From NCBI GenBank assembly GCA_029553955.1, contig JAKPJZ010000199.1, positions 16,038 to 40,037 of the forward strand: a stretch of 24,000 nucleotides of DNA, given 5' to 3'. The position numbers and the translations under genes were made by a program. This DNA comes from Chloroflexota bacterium (GTDB taxonomy: Bacteria; Chloroflexota; Anaerolineae; SpSt-313). The notes beneath the pieces are model-generated. The model searched no databases and had not been told where the DNA came from. It worked only from the letters and a program-made list of their open reading frames with translations. This document shows, piece after piece, positions 1 to 7,402 of the stretch; the stretch's first letter is position 1, and the number at the start of each line of letters is the position of its first letter.

Positions 1-294
1 CCCCGGCACGTGCTCGGCCACGAGGTAGCACAGCTCGCCCTCACAGTGCAGGTCATACAAGGGCACGATGTGGGGGTGGTGCAACAGGGCCGCCAGCCGC
101 GCGCTGGCGCGGATGCGCGCCGCCACGCCTTCGCGCGCCAGGAGCGCCGGCGTGAGCACGGTCAGCGTGACGTCGCGGTCGAGGCTGGCCTGGTGCGCAC
201 GGTAGACGCCGGCCAGTGGGCTACAAGCCGGCAGGCGTTCCAGGATTTCGTAGGGGCCGAGGTGAGCACCTTGCATCAGTTCCATAGCTTCCAT
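1..294 (-). CDS. Hanks-type Ser/Thr protein kinase-like protein, N-terminal ~98 aa only (CDS continues past window start); nucleotide-binding motifs degenerate
   Basis: Manual reverse translation from ATG at 294 (in-frame ATGs also at 285 and 276): MEAMELMQGAHLGPYEILERLPACSPLAGVYRAHQASLDRDVTLTVLTPALLAREGVAARIRASARLAALLHHPHIVPLYDLHCEGELCYLVAEHVPG. Spacing matches kinase subdomains I-V (YxIxxxL, VYRA, HPxIV, LVxExxxG). The G-loop position reads PACSPLA and the VAIK lysine position reads VTLT. It is absent from the ORF track because it is open at the window edge. Confidence 0.6.
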   Translation of the reverse strand, partial: MEAMELMQGAHLGPYEILERLPACSPLAGVYRAHQASLDRDVTLTVLTPALLAREGVAARIRASARLAALLHHPHIVPLYDLHCEGELCYLVAEHVPG

Positions 295-322
295 TATATC
301 CCCACAGTGACGGTGTTGGCAA
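293..322 (-). promoter_or_regulatory. putative promoter TTGCCA-N18-TATAAT for the kinase-like gene; the -10 box overlaps ATG-294
   Basis: The reverse complement reads TTGCCA ACACCGTCACTGTGGGGA TATAAT GG. The -10 box ends at 293, which would place a transcription start near the in-frame ATG at 285 (a possible leaderless mRNA). Confidence 0.35.
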
Positions 323-344
323 ACCCGACCTCGCGTCTGGCTTT

Positions 345-373
345 TTGACAGACGCTCTGCCGCATGCTACTGT
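345..373 (+). promoter_or_regulatory. putative promoter TTGACA-N17-TACTGT with TGc extended -10, upstream of the IMPase gene
   Basis: TTGACA at 345-350, a 17-nt spacer ending in TGC, then TACTGT at 368-373. It lies in the divergent intergenic region. Confidence 0.35.
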
Positions 374-430
374 TCTTCTGTCGGATCGGGCGGCGTGTTC
401 GCTGCATTTGTGGAGGCTCAGGGTGTTGTG

Positions 431-1210
431 ATGGATGAGGAATTGCCGATTGCCGTGGCCGCGGCGCGGGCCGCGGGCGAGGTCCTGCGTGCGGGCTTGG
501 GGCGGCCGCACCAGGTGGCGTACAAGGGCGCGATCGACCTGGTGACCGAGGTTGACGGCGCTGCTGAGGCGTGCGTTGTGGGGCTGCTTGGCGCCGCGAC
601 CCCCAGCTATGGCTTTCTGACTGAAGAGAATGCCCCCGTGCCTGGCACAGCCGATGGCCGCTGGATCGTGGACCCGCTCGACGGCACGACCAACTATGCT
701 CATGGCTGCCCCCGTTTCTGCGTTTCCATCGCCCTGGAGCGGGCCGGCGAGCTGCAGGTCGCCGTGGTCTACGATCCCCTGCGCGACGAGCTCTACGCCG
801 CGCAGCGCGGCTGTGGCGCGACGCTGAACGGGCGCCCTATCAAGGTCAGCGGCACAGCGGCGCTGGCCGGCGCGCTGGTGAACACCGGGTTTCCCTACGA
901 CGTCTGGACGAGCGAGCGCAACAATGTCGCCGAGACAGCCCACTTCCTGCGCCAGGTGCAGGCCCTTCGCGTCACCGGCTCGGCGGCGCTCGACCTGGCC
1001 GCCGTGGCCTGTGGGCGCAGCGATGCCTACTGGGAGCATGGCCTGGCGCCCTACGACGTGGCCGCCGGCATTCTGCTGGTGCGGGAGGCCGGGGGGCTGG
1101 CGACCGACTATGACGGGGGCGCCAACGCGCTGTATGGCCGTGAGATCGTCGCCGCCAACCCGGCGCTGCATGCAGAGATGGTGGGCTACCTCAGGACACG
1201 ACGGGGATAG
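431..1210 (+). CDS. inositol monophosphatase family protein (SuhB/IMPase-like sugar-phosphate phosphatase)
   Basis: The ORF 395..1210 contains the IMPase signature WIVDPLDGTTNYAHG plus the FLTEE and the downstream WDxAAG-like (YDVAAG) motifs. ATG 431 (MDEELPIAVAAARAAG) fits the usual family N-terminus; GTG 395 is an alternative start. Confidence 0.9.
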   Translation: MDEELPIAVAAARAAGEVLRAGLGRPHQVAYKGAIDLVTEVDGAAEACVVGLLGAATPSYGFLTEENAPVPGTADGRWIVDPLDGTTNYAHGCPRFCVSIALERAGELQVAVVYDPLRDELYAAQRGCGATLNGRPIKVSGTAALAGALVNTGFPYDVWTSERNNVAETAHFLRQVQALRVTGSAALDLAAVACGRSDAYWEHGLAPYDVAAGILLVREAGGLATDYDGGANALYGREIVAANPALHAEMVGYLRTRRG

Positions 1211-1258
1211 CGCGTCCCACTTTTCACGCTGTGCCGGGAGTGCAGAACTATCGGGCTA

Positions 1259-1287
1259 TTGACATTTCCTGTCGAGTCCGGTATAAT
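1259..1287 (+). promoter_or_regulatory. consensus sigma70 promoter TTGACA-N17-TATAAT upstream of the DeoR regulator
   Basis: Perfect TTGACA (1259-1264), an exactly 17-nt spacer, and perfect TATAAT (1282-1287), read directly from the sequence. Confidence 0.7.
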
Positions 1288-1355
1288 GGCTATTAGCGAA
1301 CAATTGCGATCATGTGCGTGAGCCTATTCGATCTCAACGGGACAGGTGCGGGGCT

Positions 1356-2120
1356 GTGCTTGCTGAGGAACGCCAAGCCATCATCCTCCAGAAGCTGCAG
1401 GGCAAGGGGTATGTCGCAGTCGCGGAGATGGCAGCCGAGCTCGACGTGTCTGCCGTCACGATTCGCCGCGACTTGGAGCACATGGCGCAAGAGGGCCAAT
1501 GCGTACGCACCCGTGGCGGTGCGGCGCGCGCCTCCGACAGCACCACATTGGAGCTCCCCTACGACATCAAGCGTCGTCGCGCTATCGACGAAAAGCGACG
1601 CATCGCCGCCGCAGCGGCCGAGTTCGTCAGCGAAGGCCAGACGATCATCCTCGATGCTGGCTCCACCACCTACGAATTGGCCCTGCTGCTGCTGCACAAG
1701 CGTGCCCTCACGGTGGTGACCAATGACCTCCAGATTGCGACCAAGCTCGCCTCCAGCCCCGGCATCAGGCTCGTCTGCACCGGCGGGGTTGCTCGCCAAA
1801 ATGTGTATACCCTGCAAGGATCCCAGGTGGAAGCCTTGATCAAGAGCCTAAAGGTGGACCAGACATTCTTGGGGGCCGACGCCATCCATAGGGATGGAAC
1901 CATCTCGAATGTCAATTTTGACGAGGTGCCCATCAAGCAGGCCATGTTGCATGCGGCCAAGCAAGTCATTGTTGTGATCGACTCTTCCAAGTTCAGCAAG
2001 ACCGGCTTTGTGAATGTATGCAACCCCTCTCAGATCGATATCCTCATCACGGATCGTAATGCACCGCTGGGTGTTATTGACCTATATAGGAATGAGGGCG
2101 TTCGAGTGATCATGGTGTAG
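1356..2120 (+). CDS. DeoR/GlpR-family transcriptional repressor (SgcR-like) with C-terminal sugar-phosphate sensor domain
   Basis: N-terminal HTH ...ERQAIILQKLQGKGYVAVAEMAAELDVSAVTIRRDLEHMAQEGQCVRTRGGA is typical of DeoR regulators, followed by the DeoR C-terminal domain (IILDAGSTT...TND). GTG 1356 is preceded by AGGTG 7 nt upstream; the ORF track opens at GTG 1314. Confidence 0.9.
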   Translation: MLAEERQAIILQKLQGKGYVAVAEMAAELDVSAVTIRRDLEHMAQEGQCVRTRGGAARASDSTTLELPYDIKRRRAIDEKRRIAAAAAEFVSEGQTIILDAGSTTYELALLLLHKRALTVVTNDLQIATKLASSPGIRLVCTGGVARQNVYTLQGSQVEALIKSLKVDQTFLGADAIHRDGTISNVNFDEVPIKQAMLHAAKQVIVVIDSSKFSKTGFVNVCNPSQIDILITDRNAPLGVIDLYRNEGVRVIMV

Positions 2121-2158
2121 CGCTATCGTCGGGGGAACCCGCCCTCGCCCCTCTATGA

Positions 2159-2425
2159 TAGTACTTGCGCGGTCGTGTGGCCGGGCTTGTCGTCTCCCTC
2201 ACAGGCCCATCCCCCCCGCCCCCCTTGCCGCCGCGGCGGGAAGGGGGAGCCCTCAGATGAGGGTTTGGCAGGCGCTTGGTGCTACGCACGAAGCGCCTGC
2301 CAAACCCCCTAACCTCCAGTTTCCCCGCCCCCGCACCGGCGGCGGGGCCAGGGCCTGCGCCCAAAGGGGCAGGCAGGGGGTGGGGGGCTTGCGATACGCG
2401 AGGCATGTCGACCGCGTACGTGCTA
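2159..2425 (+). repeat. MITE-like, TIR-bounded, multi-hairpin G/C-tract element, copy 1
   Basis: Termini are TAGTACTTGCGCGGTCG and CGACCGCGTACGTGCTA (an imperfect inverted repeat), flanked by the direct repeat TCTATGA (2152-2158 and 2426-2432). Homologous to 8616-8861; the homology stops at the TIRs. Internal perfect 17-bp hairpin 2261-2277/2291-2307. C-tract 2211-2224 is complementary to GGGGGTGGGGGG at 2376-2387. Confidence 0.7.
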
Positions 2426-2519
2426 TCTATGAAAGGAGGTGGCCGAATCTCGAGTTGTCGGGCACGCTGCTGTTCTTTCGTTTCTATCCGCTTGCTGAGG
2501 AGAACAAGGAGAGAGTGCC

Positions 2520-3905
2520 ATGGGTATCACCGACATCATTAAGGCAGTATCCGACTTTCTGATGGGGCTGGGTGTGCCCCTGCTGCTGCCCATCGTGATC
2601 ACAGCCCTGGGCCTGTTCTTTGGGCAACAGTTCACCAAAGCCCTGCGGGCGGGCTTGACCCTCGGCGCCGGCTTTATCGCATTGAACCTGGTCATCGGCC
2701 TGTTGATCAACAACATGGTGCCGGTGGTCGATGCGATGGTCAAGAACACGGGATCCAGCCTGAATATCATGGACGTCGGCTGGGGTGTAGCGGGAGCAAT
2801 CGCCTGGGGCACCACCGCGGGCTCCATCGTGATCATCGCCTGCCTGGGCACGAATATCATCATGCTGGCCCTCCGGCTGACCAAGACCCTCAATGTGGAC
2901 ATCTGGAACTTTTGGAACCAGGCGTTCACCGCTTCGGTGGTCTATCTGATCACCAAGAGCATCTGGCTGAGCCTGCTCGCTGCCGCCATCCACACCGTGT
3001 ATGAGCTCATCATCGCCGATCTGACCGCCAAGCGCGTCCAAGAGTTCTACAACCTGCCGGGCATCAGCATCCCGCATGGTTGGGCCGTCACCAGCGTGCC
3101 GATCATCTGGGTGGTCAACTGGGTGCTCGATCGCATCCCGTATGTCAAAGACATCCATTGGGATGAAGGCACGATCCGTGACAAGCTGGGGATCTTTGGC
3201 GAGCCCTTGTTCTTGGGCACGATTCTCGGCATCGCCGTCGGCCTGTTCGGCGGCTTGTGGGCAGAACCGGTCAAGCTGCTGACGCTGGGTGTGACCGTCG
3301 GCACGGCCATGATCTTGATCCCCAAAGTCATCGGCTTCTTCATGGAAGCCCTCTCCCCGATCGCCGAGTCGGCCAAAGACTATATGGCCCGGCACTTTGG
3401 CGGTCGCGAGATCTACATCGGGCTCGACTCGGCGGTCTTGATCGGCCACCCGGTCACCGTTGCCGCGGCCATCATCTTGATCCCCATCGCGCTGGGCCTC
3501 AGCCTGATCCTGCCCGGCAACCGCGTGCTGCCGTTCGGCGACCTTGCCGCCCTGTTCTACTTTGTGGCCATGGTTCCCTTCATGTCCAATGGGAACCTCT
3601 TCCGCTCCATCATTTCCGGCTCGGTGATCATGTCGGTCGTGATGCTGGTCTGCAGCTCGTTCGGGTCGTCGCTCACGCAGATGGCCACCTCGATCGGCTA
3701 CGAGCTGCCAGCAGGGGCCGTCGATATCACCGCCCTGTCGGCGGGCAACTGGGTCACCTGGGTCACCTACCAGGTCGGCAAGCTGGCGAGCTCCTCGCCG
3801 ATACTGGTGGCGCTGATCTTTGTGGTCCTGATTGGCCTCATGTGGGCCGGCATTGTGTACGCCAATCGTGCGGCGGGCCGACCTGCGCCCAAGGCTGCCA
3901 AGTAA
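2520..3905 (+). CDS. PTS galactitol-family EIIC permease (GatC/SgcC type), paralog 1
   Basis: A 461-aa polytopic membrane protein. Blocks match my recollection of E. coli GatC (NVDIWNFWNQAF, GISIPHG, FGEP, LPFGDLA, GNLFRS). AAGGAG RBS upstream of ATG 2520. Confidence 0.92.
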   Translation: MGITDIIKAVSDFLMGLGVPLLLPIVITALGLFFGQQFTKALRAGLTLGAGFIALNLVIGLLINNMVPVVDAMVKNTGSSLNIMDVGWGVAGAIAWGTTAGSIVIIACLGTNIIMLALRLTKTLNVDIWNFWNQAFTASVVYLITKSIWLSLLAAAIHTVYELIIADLTAKRVQEFYNLPGISIPHGWAVTSVPIIWVVNWVLDRIPYVKDIHWDEGTIRDKLGIFGEPLFLGTILGIAVGLFGGLWAEPVKLLTLGVTVGTAMILIPKVIGFFMEALSPIAESAKDYMARHFGGREIYIGLDSAVLIGHPVTVAAAIILIPIALGLSLILPGNRVLPFGDLAALFYFVAMVPFMSNGNLFRSIISGSVIMSVVMLVCSSFGSSLTQMATSIGYELPAGAVDITALSAGNWVTWVTYQVGKLASSSPILVALIFVVLIGLMWAGIVYANRAAGRPAPKAAK

Positions 3906-3943
3906 GCGTTCTCGATCTTCACCGCTCACCTTGTCCGTCCAGG

Positions 3944-3977
3944 TATGGGCGCTGGTACACGGCGACCAGCGCCCATA
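3944..3977 (+). terminator. GC-rich hairpin between EIIC-1 and the dehydrogenase gene (possible attenuator, stabiliser or weak intrinsic terminator)
   Basis: 13-bp perfect stem TATGGGCGCTGGT / ACCAGCGCCCATA with an 8-nt loop, followed by TTTGT. There is no long U-tract. Confidence 0.35.
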
Positions 3978-4019
3978 TTTGTCAGGTAACCACCTCCCTC
4001 AAACCAGATCGGACGAATC

Positions 4020-5051
4020 ATGAAGGTTGCCGTCTACTACAACAATCACGACGTACGGATCGAAGATCGACCTGTGCCCGAGCCGGGGCCTGGCGAAATG
4101 CTGGTGCAGACCCGGGCATGTGGGGTGTGCGTGGCCGACACGATGGAATGGTATCTCGTGCCGCGTGCCCCGCTGACCCTCGGCCACGAGCCGACCGGTG
4201 TGGTGTTGAAGCTTGGCGCTGGGACGAACGGCTTTAGGGAAGGAGATCGAGTCTTTGTCCACCACCACGTCCCTTGCTTGATTTGCGAATACTGCCGCCA
4301 AGGCAATTTCACGATGTGCAGCACGTTCAAGTCGACTCACATCAAGCCGGGCGGTTTTGCCGAATACTTTCTGGCTTCTGCCAGCCACGTTGAACGGGAT
4401 ACCTTGCTGCTTCCGGATGGCCTGTCGTTTGACGTGGGAACACTGATCGAACCTCTGGCTTGCGTCATTCATGCCATCCGTAAGGCAAATGTGCGGGCCG
4501 GCGACCGGGTCGTACTGATCGGCACGGGCGCAATGGGGCTGATGTTTGTTCAGGCGTTGCGGTTCTGGGGTGTAAGGAAACTGGTCGTGTACGAGGTGCT
4601 CGAGTGGCGCCAGCAGAAGGCGCGCGAATTTGGGGCCGATTGCGTGCTGACCCCTCTGGAAGACCCGCAAGCGGAAGCAGAACGAGCTCGCAAGGTTCTG
4701 GGCGGGGGTGGCGCCGACAAGGTGATCGTTGCGGCAAAAGACCTGCGAGCCATGGAGCTGGGCATGCGCTTGGCGAACAGGGGGGCGACGGTGCTGTTCT
4801 TTGCCACCCCCCAGCCGGACGAGTCTATCCCGCTGTTCCCTTCGTACTTGTTCTTCAACGAACTGCAACTGGCTGCCAGCTACTCGGCCGATCACCTGGA
4901 TACGCGCACGGCGCTCGACTTGCTGACAGCAGGGGCTGTGGATGGGGAGGCGCTGATCACTCATCGCTTCCCGGTTGAGGACCTGTCCGAAGCAATCTTG
5001 CAGACCGCCGGGCGCCAGCACTGCCTCAAGTCTGTCATTCAGTTTCCGTAA
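4020..5051 (+). CDS. Zn-dependent medium-chain alcohol/polyol(-phosphate) dehydrogenase (GatD / sorbitol / arabitol-phosphate dehydrogenase-like)
   Basis: 343 aa. Catalytic-zinc motifs CGVC...GHEPTGVV, a structural-zinc Cys cluster CLICEYCRQGNFTMC, and a Rossmann GTGAMG motif. Confidence 0.9.
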   Translation: MKVAVYYNNHDVRIEDRPVPEPGPGEMLVQTRACGVCVADTMEWYLVPRAPLTLGHEPTGVVLKLGAGTNGFREGDRVFVHHHVPCLICEYCRQGNFTMCSTFKSTHIKPGGFAEYFLASASHVERDTLLLPDGLSFDVGTLIEPLACVIHAIRKANVRAGDRVVLIGTGAMGLMFVQALRFWGVRKLVVYEVLEWRQQKAREFGADCVLTPLEDPQAEAERARKVLGGGGADKVIVAAKDLRAMELGMRLANRGATVLFFATPQPDESIPLFPSYLFFNELQLAASYSADHLDTRTALDLLTAGAVDGEALITHRFPVEDLSEAILQTAGRQHCLKSVIQFP

Positions 5052-5093
5052 TCAGCCCCCCATGCCCGATTGGGCACAACGCACGACGAGAGC

Positions 5094-5124
5094 GCCCACA
5101 AGCCGCCTGTGGCGGCCAAGGGGG
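5094..5124 (+). repeat. conserved ~30-nt intergenic motif, copy 1 (GCCCACAAGCCGCCTGTGGCGGCCAAGGGGG)
   Basis: Near-identical to 12593-12622. Contains the palindrome GCCGCC-TGT-GGCGGC and ends in a G-run that resembles a Shine-Dalgarno sequence. Confidence 0.4.
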
Positions 5125-5199
5125 CTATGCTACGCGGTGCATGGCGGCTGTTCTCAGATCAGGGCCGGAGCCTGCCGCTCTGATCGCCAGAGGAGCATC

Positions 5200-5943
5200 A
5201 TGGCATACGTAATCGATCTCTCGGGCAAGACCGCGATCGTCACCGGGGCTGCCAAGGGCATCGGAGCGGCTACTGCACGCATTCTGGCTGAAGCTGGCGC
5301 GCAAGTGGTTATCGATGACCTGGTCCCGCAGGAGGCAATCGAGACACTGCTGAGCGAGATCGAAGCGGTGGGCTTGCGGCCCGACTATCTGCGGGAGGAT
5401 ATCTCGGATCCTCAGCAAGCGCAACGGTTGATCCAGCAGACAGCCGAACGTTTCGGAAGCGTGGATATTCTGATCAATAACGCCGGCGTCGTAGCCGACT
5501 GGGACAAGAGCTTCGACGTCCATGTGAAGGGCGCGTATTATTGCGCAGAGGCGGCCAAAGAGATCATGGCAGCCAATGGCGGCGGCCGCATGGTCAATGT
5601 AACCTCAACCTGTTCGCAATCGGGAGGGACGGGCATCCCGCAATATGTGGCGACAAAGGGTGGATTGTTCTCGCTGACCCGCTACCTGGCGCGGACGTAC
5701 GCGCCGCTTGGCATCCTGGTCAACGGGGTCATGCCGGCGGTAATCATGAGCGACATGATCATGACGCGCTATGAATCTGAGGCAGAGATGCTGGAGCACT
5801 ATATTCCGATGATGCCTATTCGGCGCATCGGCTACCCGATAGACGTCGCCCGGATCATCCTGTTCCTCTGCTCGGAATTATCCGGCTTTATCTGTGGCGA
5901 GATCATCACCGCAGATGGGGGCCGCATGCACGTCGGCATTTGA
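5200..5943 (+). CDS. short-chain dehydrogenase/reductase (SDR) family oxidoreductase
   Basis: MAYVIDLSGKTAIVTGAAKGIGAA (TGxxxGIG), NNAG, and the catalytic YVATK (YxxxK). AGAGGAG RBS at 5189-5195. The ORF-track N-terminal extension from 4975 is rejected. Confidence 0.9.
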   Translation: MAYVIDLSGKTAIVTGAAKGIGAATARILAEAGAQVVIDDLVPQEAIETLLSEIEAVGLRPDYLREDISDPQQAQRLIQQTAERFGSVDILINNAGVVADWDKSFDVHVKGAYYCAEAAKEIMAANGGGRMVNVTSTCSQSGGTGIPQYVATKGGLFSLTRYLARTYAPLGILVNGVMPAVIMSDMIMTRYESEAEMLEHYIPMMPIRRIGYPIDVARIILFLCSELSGFICGEIITADGGRMHVGI

Positions 5944-5965
5944 GCCGGCTTCGAGGAGCAATCTG

Positions 5966-7069
5966 ATGGACAGTATTGTAGAAGAGCTACGCTACCTTAC
6001 GGCAATACCGGCGCTATCCGGTATGGAAGACCGGATGATTGCCGAAATCGTTCGCCGCTTCAAGCCGTTGGCCGATGCGGTGGATGTAGATAACCTGGGC
6101 AACGTAGCGGCCACTTTCCAAGGCACAGAGGAGAATGAGCCGAGCCTACTGGTGTTCGCCCATATCGATGAAGTGGGCTTGATGGTGACCAAGGTCGAGC
6201 CGAACGGGTTCTTGCGCTTCGACCGGATTGGCGGGGTGCCAGAGAAGACGCTGCGCGGCCAATTCGTCGATGTCCATACGAGCGATGGCAGCAAATCCTA
6301 TCCCGCCTTCATTGGAACCCATGCGCATCACCTGACGCCTCCGGACCAGAAATACGTCGTGCCAACTACCGACAAAATGTACATCGACATTGGGGCGGCA
6401 ACGGCTGAGGAGGTGCTGGCGAAGGGCATCAACATCGGCAGCGCAGTGACCTACCAGCCCAACTTCCGCCGGGTCGGGGAGTATCACGTCACAGGAAAAG
6501 CGCTCGACAACCGCATTGGGGTCGTCTTGCTGCTCGCTCTCGCAGAACATCTGCACGAGCACCGCCCGAAGGGGACAACTCACCTGGTGGCGTCGGTGCA
6601 AGAGGAGTTCAACATTCGCGGCAACATGCCGGTGTTTGCCAGGCTCGAGCCGGACGCTGCCGTTTGCCTGGACATCACCTCGGCGTGCGACACGCCCGAC
6701 CTGAACATGCGTTACGATATTGCTCTCGGCAAGGGACCGGCCGTGTTGCAGATGAACTTTCATGGGCGGGGGACGCTGGCGGGCCTGATTCCGCACCCCA
6801 AGCTGAGGCTGTTCATCGAGCGAACCATTGAAGAGATGAACATGCCCTACCAGCGCCAGACGATCATTGGCGAGATCACCGATGATGCCTTTACGCTGGT
6901 CCTTGGCAAGCGTGGTGTGGCCATGGCCCACCTATCGATCCCGATGCGCTATTCGCACTCCCCGGTGGAGACTTCGGATTTGAGAGATATTGAAGCCGGC
7001 ATGCGCATCATCCAGGAGGTTGTCGACCGCTTCGATCACACACTCGATCTGCGACGTGGAGTTCTGTAA
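5966..7069 (+). CDS. M42 family metallopeptidase / endoglucanase-like protein (SgcX/FrvX type)
   Basis: MDSIVEELRYLTAIPALSGMEDRM...VFAHIDEVGLMV...ALDNRIG is the typical M42 (FrvX/YsdC/CelM) layout. GAGGAG RBS at 5954-5959. Confidence 0.9.
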   Translation: MDSIVEELRYLTAIPALSGMEDRMIAEIVRRFKPLADAVDVDNLGNVAATFQGTEENEPSLLVFAHIDEVGLMVTKVEPNGFLRFDRIGGVPEKTLRGQFVDVHTSDGSKSYPAFIGTHAHHLTPPDQKYVVPTTDKMYIDIGAATAEEVLAKGINIGSAVTYQPNFRRVGEYHVTGKALDNRIGVVLLLALAEHLHEHRPKGTTHLVASVQEEFNIRGNMPVFARLEPDAAVCLDITSACDTPDLNMRYDIALGKGPAVLQMNFHGRGTLAGLIPHPKLRLFIERTIEEMNMPYQRQTIIGEITDDAFTLVLGKRGVAMAHLSIPMRYSHSPVETSDLRDIEAGMRIIQEVVDRFDHTLDLRRGVL

Positions 7070-7091
7070 CCATTGAGAGGGAGGCTCTCGC

Positions 7092-7394
7092 ATGTACAAG
7101 GTCAAGATTCTCGTCGTTTGTGGTTCGGGCGTTGCCACTTCTATGCATGCGGCGTACAAGCTGCGGCAGTACTTTGAGCAAGCGAGAATACCGGTGGTGA
7201 TCGACGGGGCCGGCAACAACGAGCTGGCCGGCCGTTTGAGCGCCTACGATATCATCGTTAGCAGCACGATGGTCACCGTCAAGACCGACAAGCCCGTGTT
7301 CAGTGCCATCCCTCTGCTGACCGGCATTGGTGAAAAAGAACTGGTCGCGCAGGTGATCGAGGCGGCCACGAGAATCCAGGCGCAGAAGGAATGA
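7092..7394 (+). CDS. PTS EIIB component, galactitol family (GatB/SgcB type), paralog 1
   Basis: 100 aa. N-terminal KILVVCGSGVATS carries the phospho-accepting Cys. Overall similar to my recollection of GatB. Confidence 0.9.
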   Translation: MYKVKILVVCGSGVATSMHAAYKLRQYFEQARIPVVIDGAGNNELAGRLSAYDIIVSSTMVTVKTDKPVFSAIPLLTGIGEKELVAQVIEAATRIQAQKE

Positions 7395-7402
7395 GGGCCT
7401 GA

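Noticed and set aside
221-1171. 316-aa minus-strand ORF opposite the IMPase gene, and the plus-strand ORF 10..348
   Set aside because: The first is a shadow of the IMPase frame. The second is the antisense of the kinase-like N-terminus. Neither has motifs.
2159-2425. Possibility that the G/C-tract element is a known riboswitch or a T-box/RAT-type PTS antiterminator target
   Set aside because: I see no conserved core of any riboswitch class I know. No PRD-containing antiterminator gene is in the locus, and the regulator is DeoR-type. I kept it as an unclassified element instead.
2110-2562. ORFs 2110..2406(-), 2155..2562(+) and 2276..2542(+) running through element copy 1; likewise 8398..8976(+), 8530..9153(-) and 8561..8869(+) through copy 2
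   Set aside because: Their Pro/Gly/Ala-rich translations simply reflect the C- and G-tracts of the repeat. The frames are not conserved between the two copies.
2484-3929. 481-aa minus-strand ORF antisense to EIIC-1
   Set aside because: It is a typical high-GC shadow ORF. The product is low-complexity and rich in R/D/G/H/Q with no motifs, whereas the plus-strand frame encodes a clear GatC-type permease.
4975-5199. N-terminal extension of the SDR ORF (track start 4975); similar extensions for M42 (5894), EIIB-2 (8945), EIIA (11672), tsaB (14899) and GT2 (up to 23110 and 23562)
   Set aside because: The extensions overlap the preceding genes or intergenic repeats. Internal starts have good RBSs and match the family N-termini.
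3257-7219. Off-frame or antisense ORFs 3257..4237(+), 3999..5021(-), 5125..5523(-), 6146..6931(-), 6932..7219(-), 7008..7481(-), 7244..7609(-)
   Set aside because: All overlap well-supported plus-strand genes (EIIC-1, ADH, SDR, M42, EIIB-1, the 99-aa ORF). They lack RBSs and motifs.
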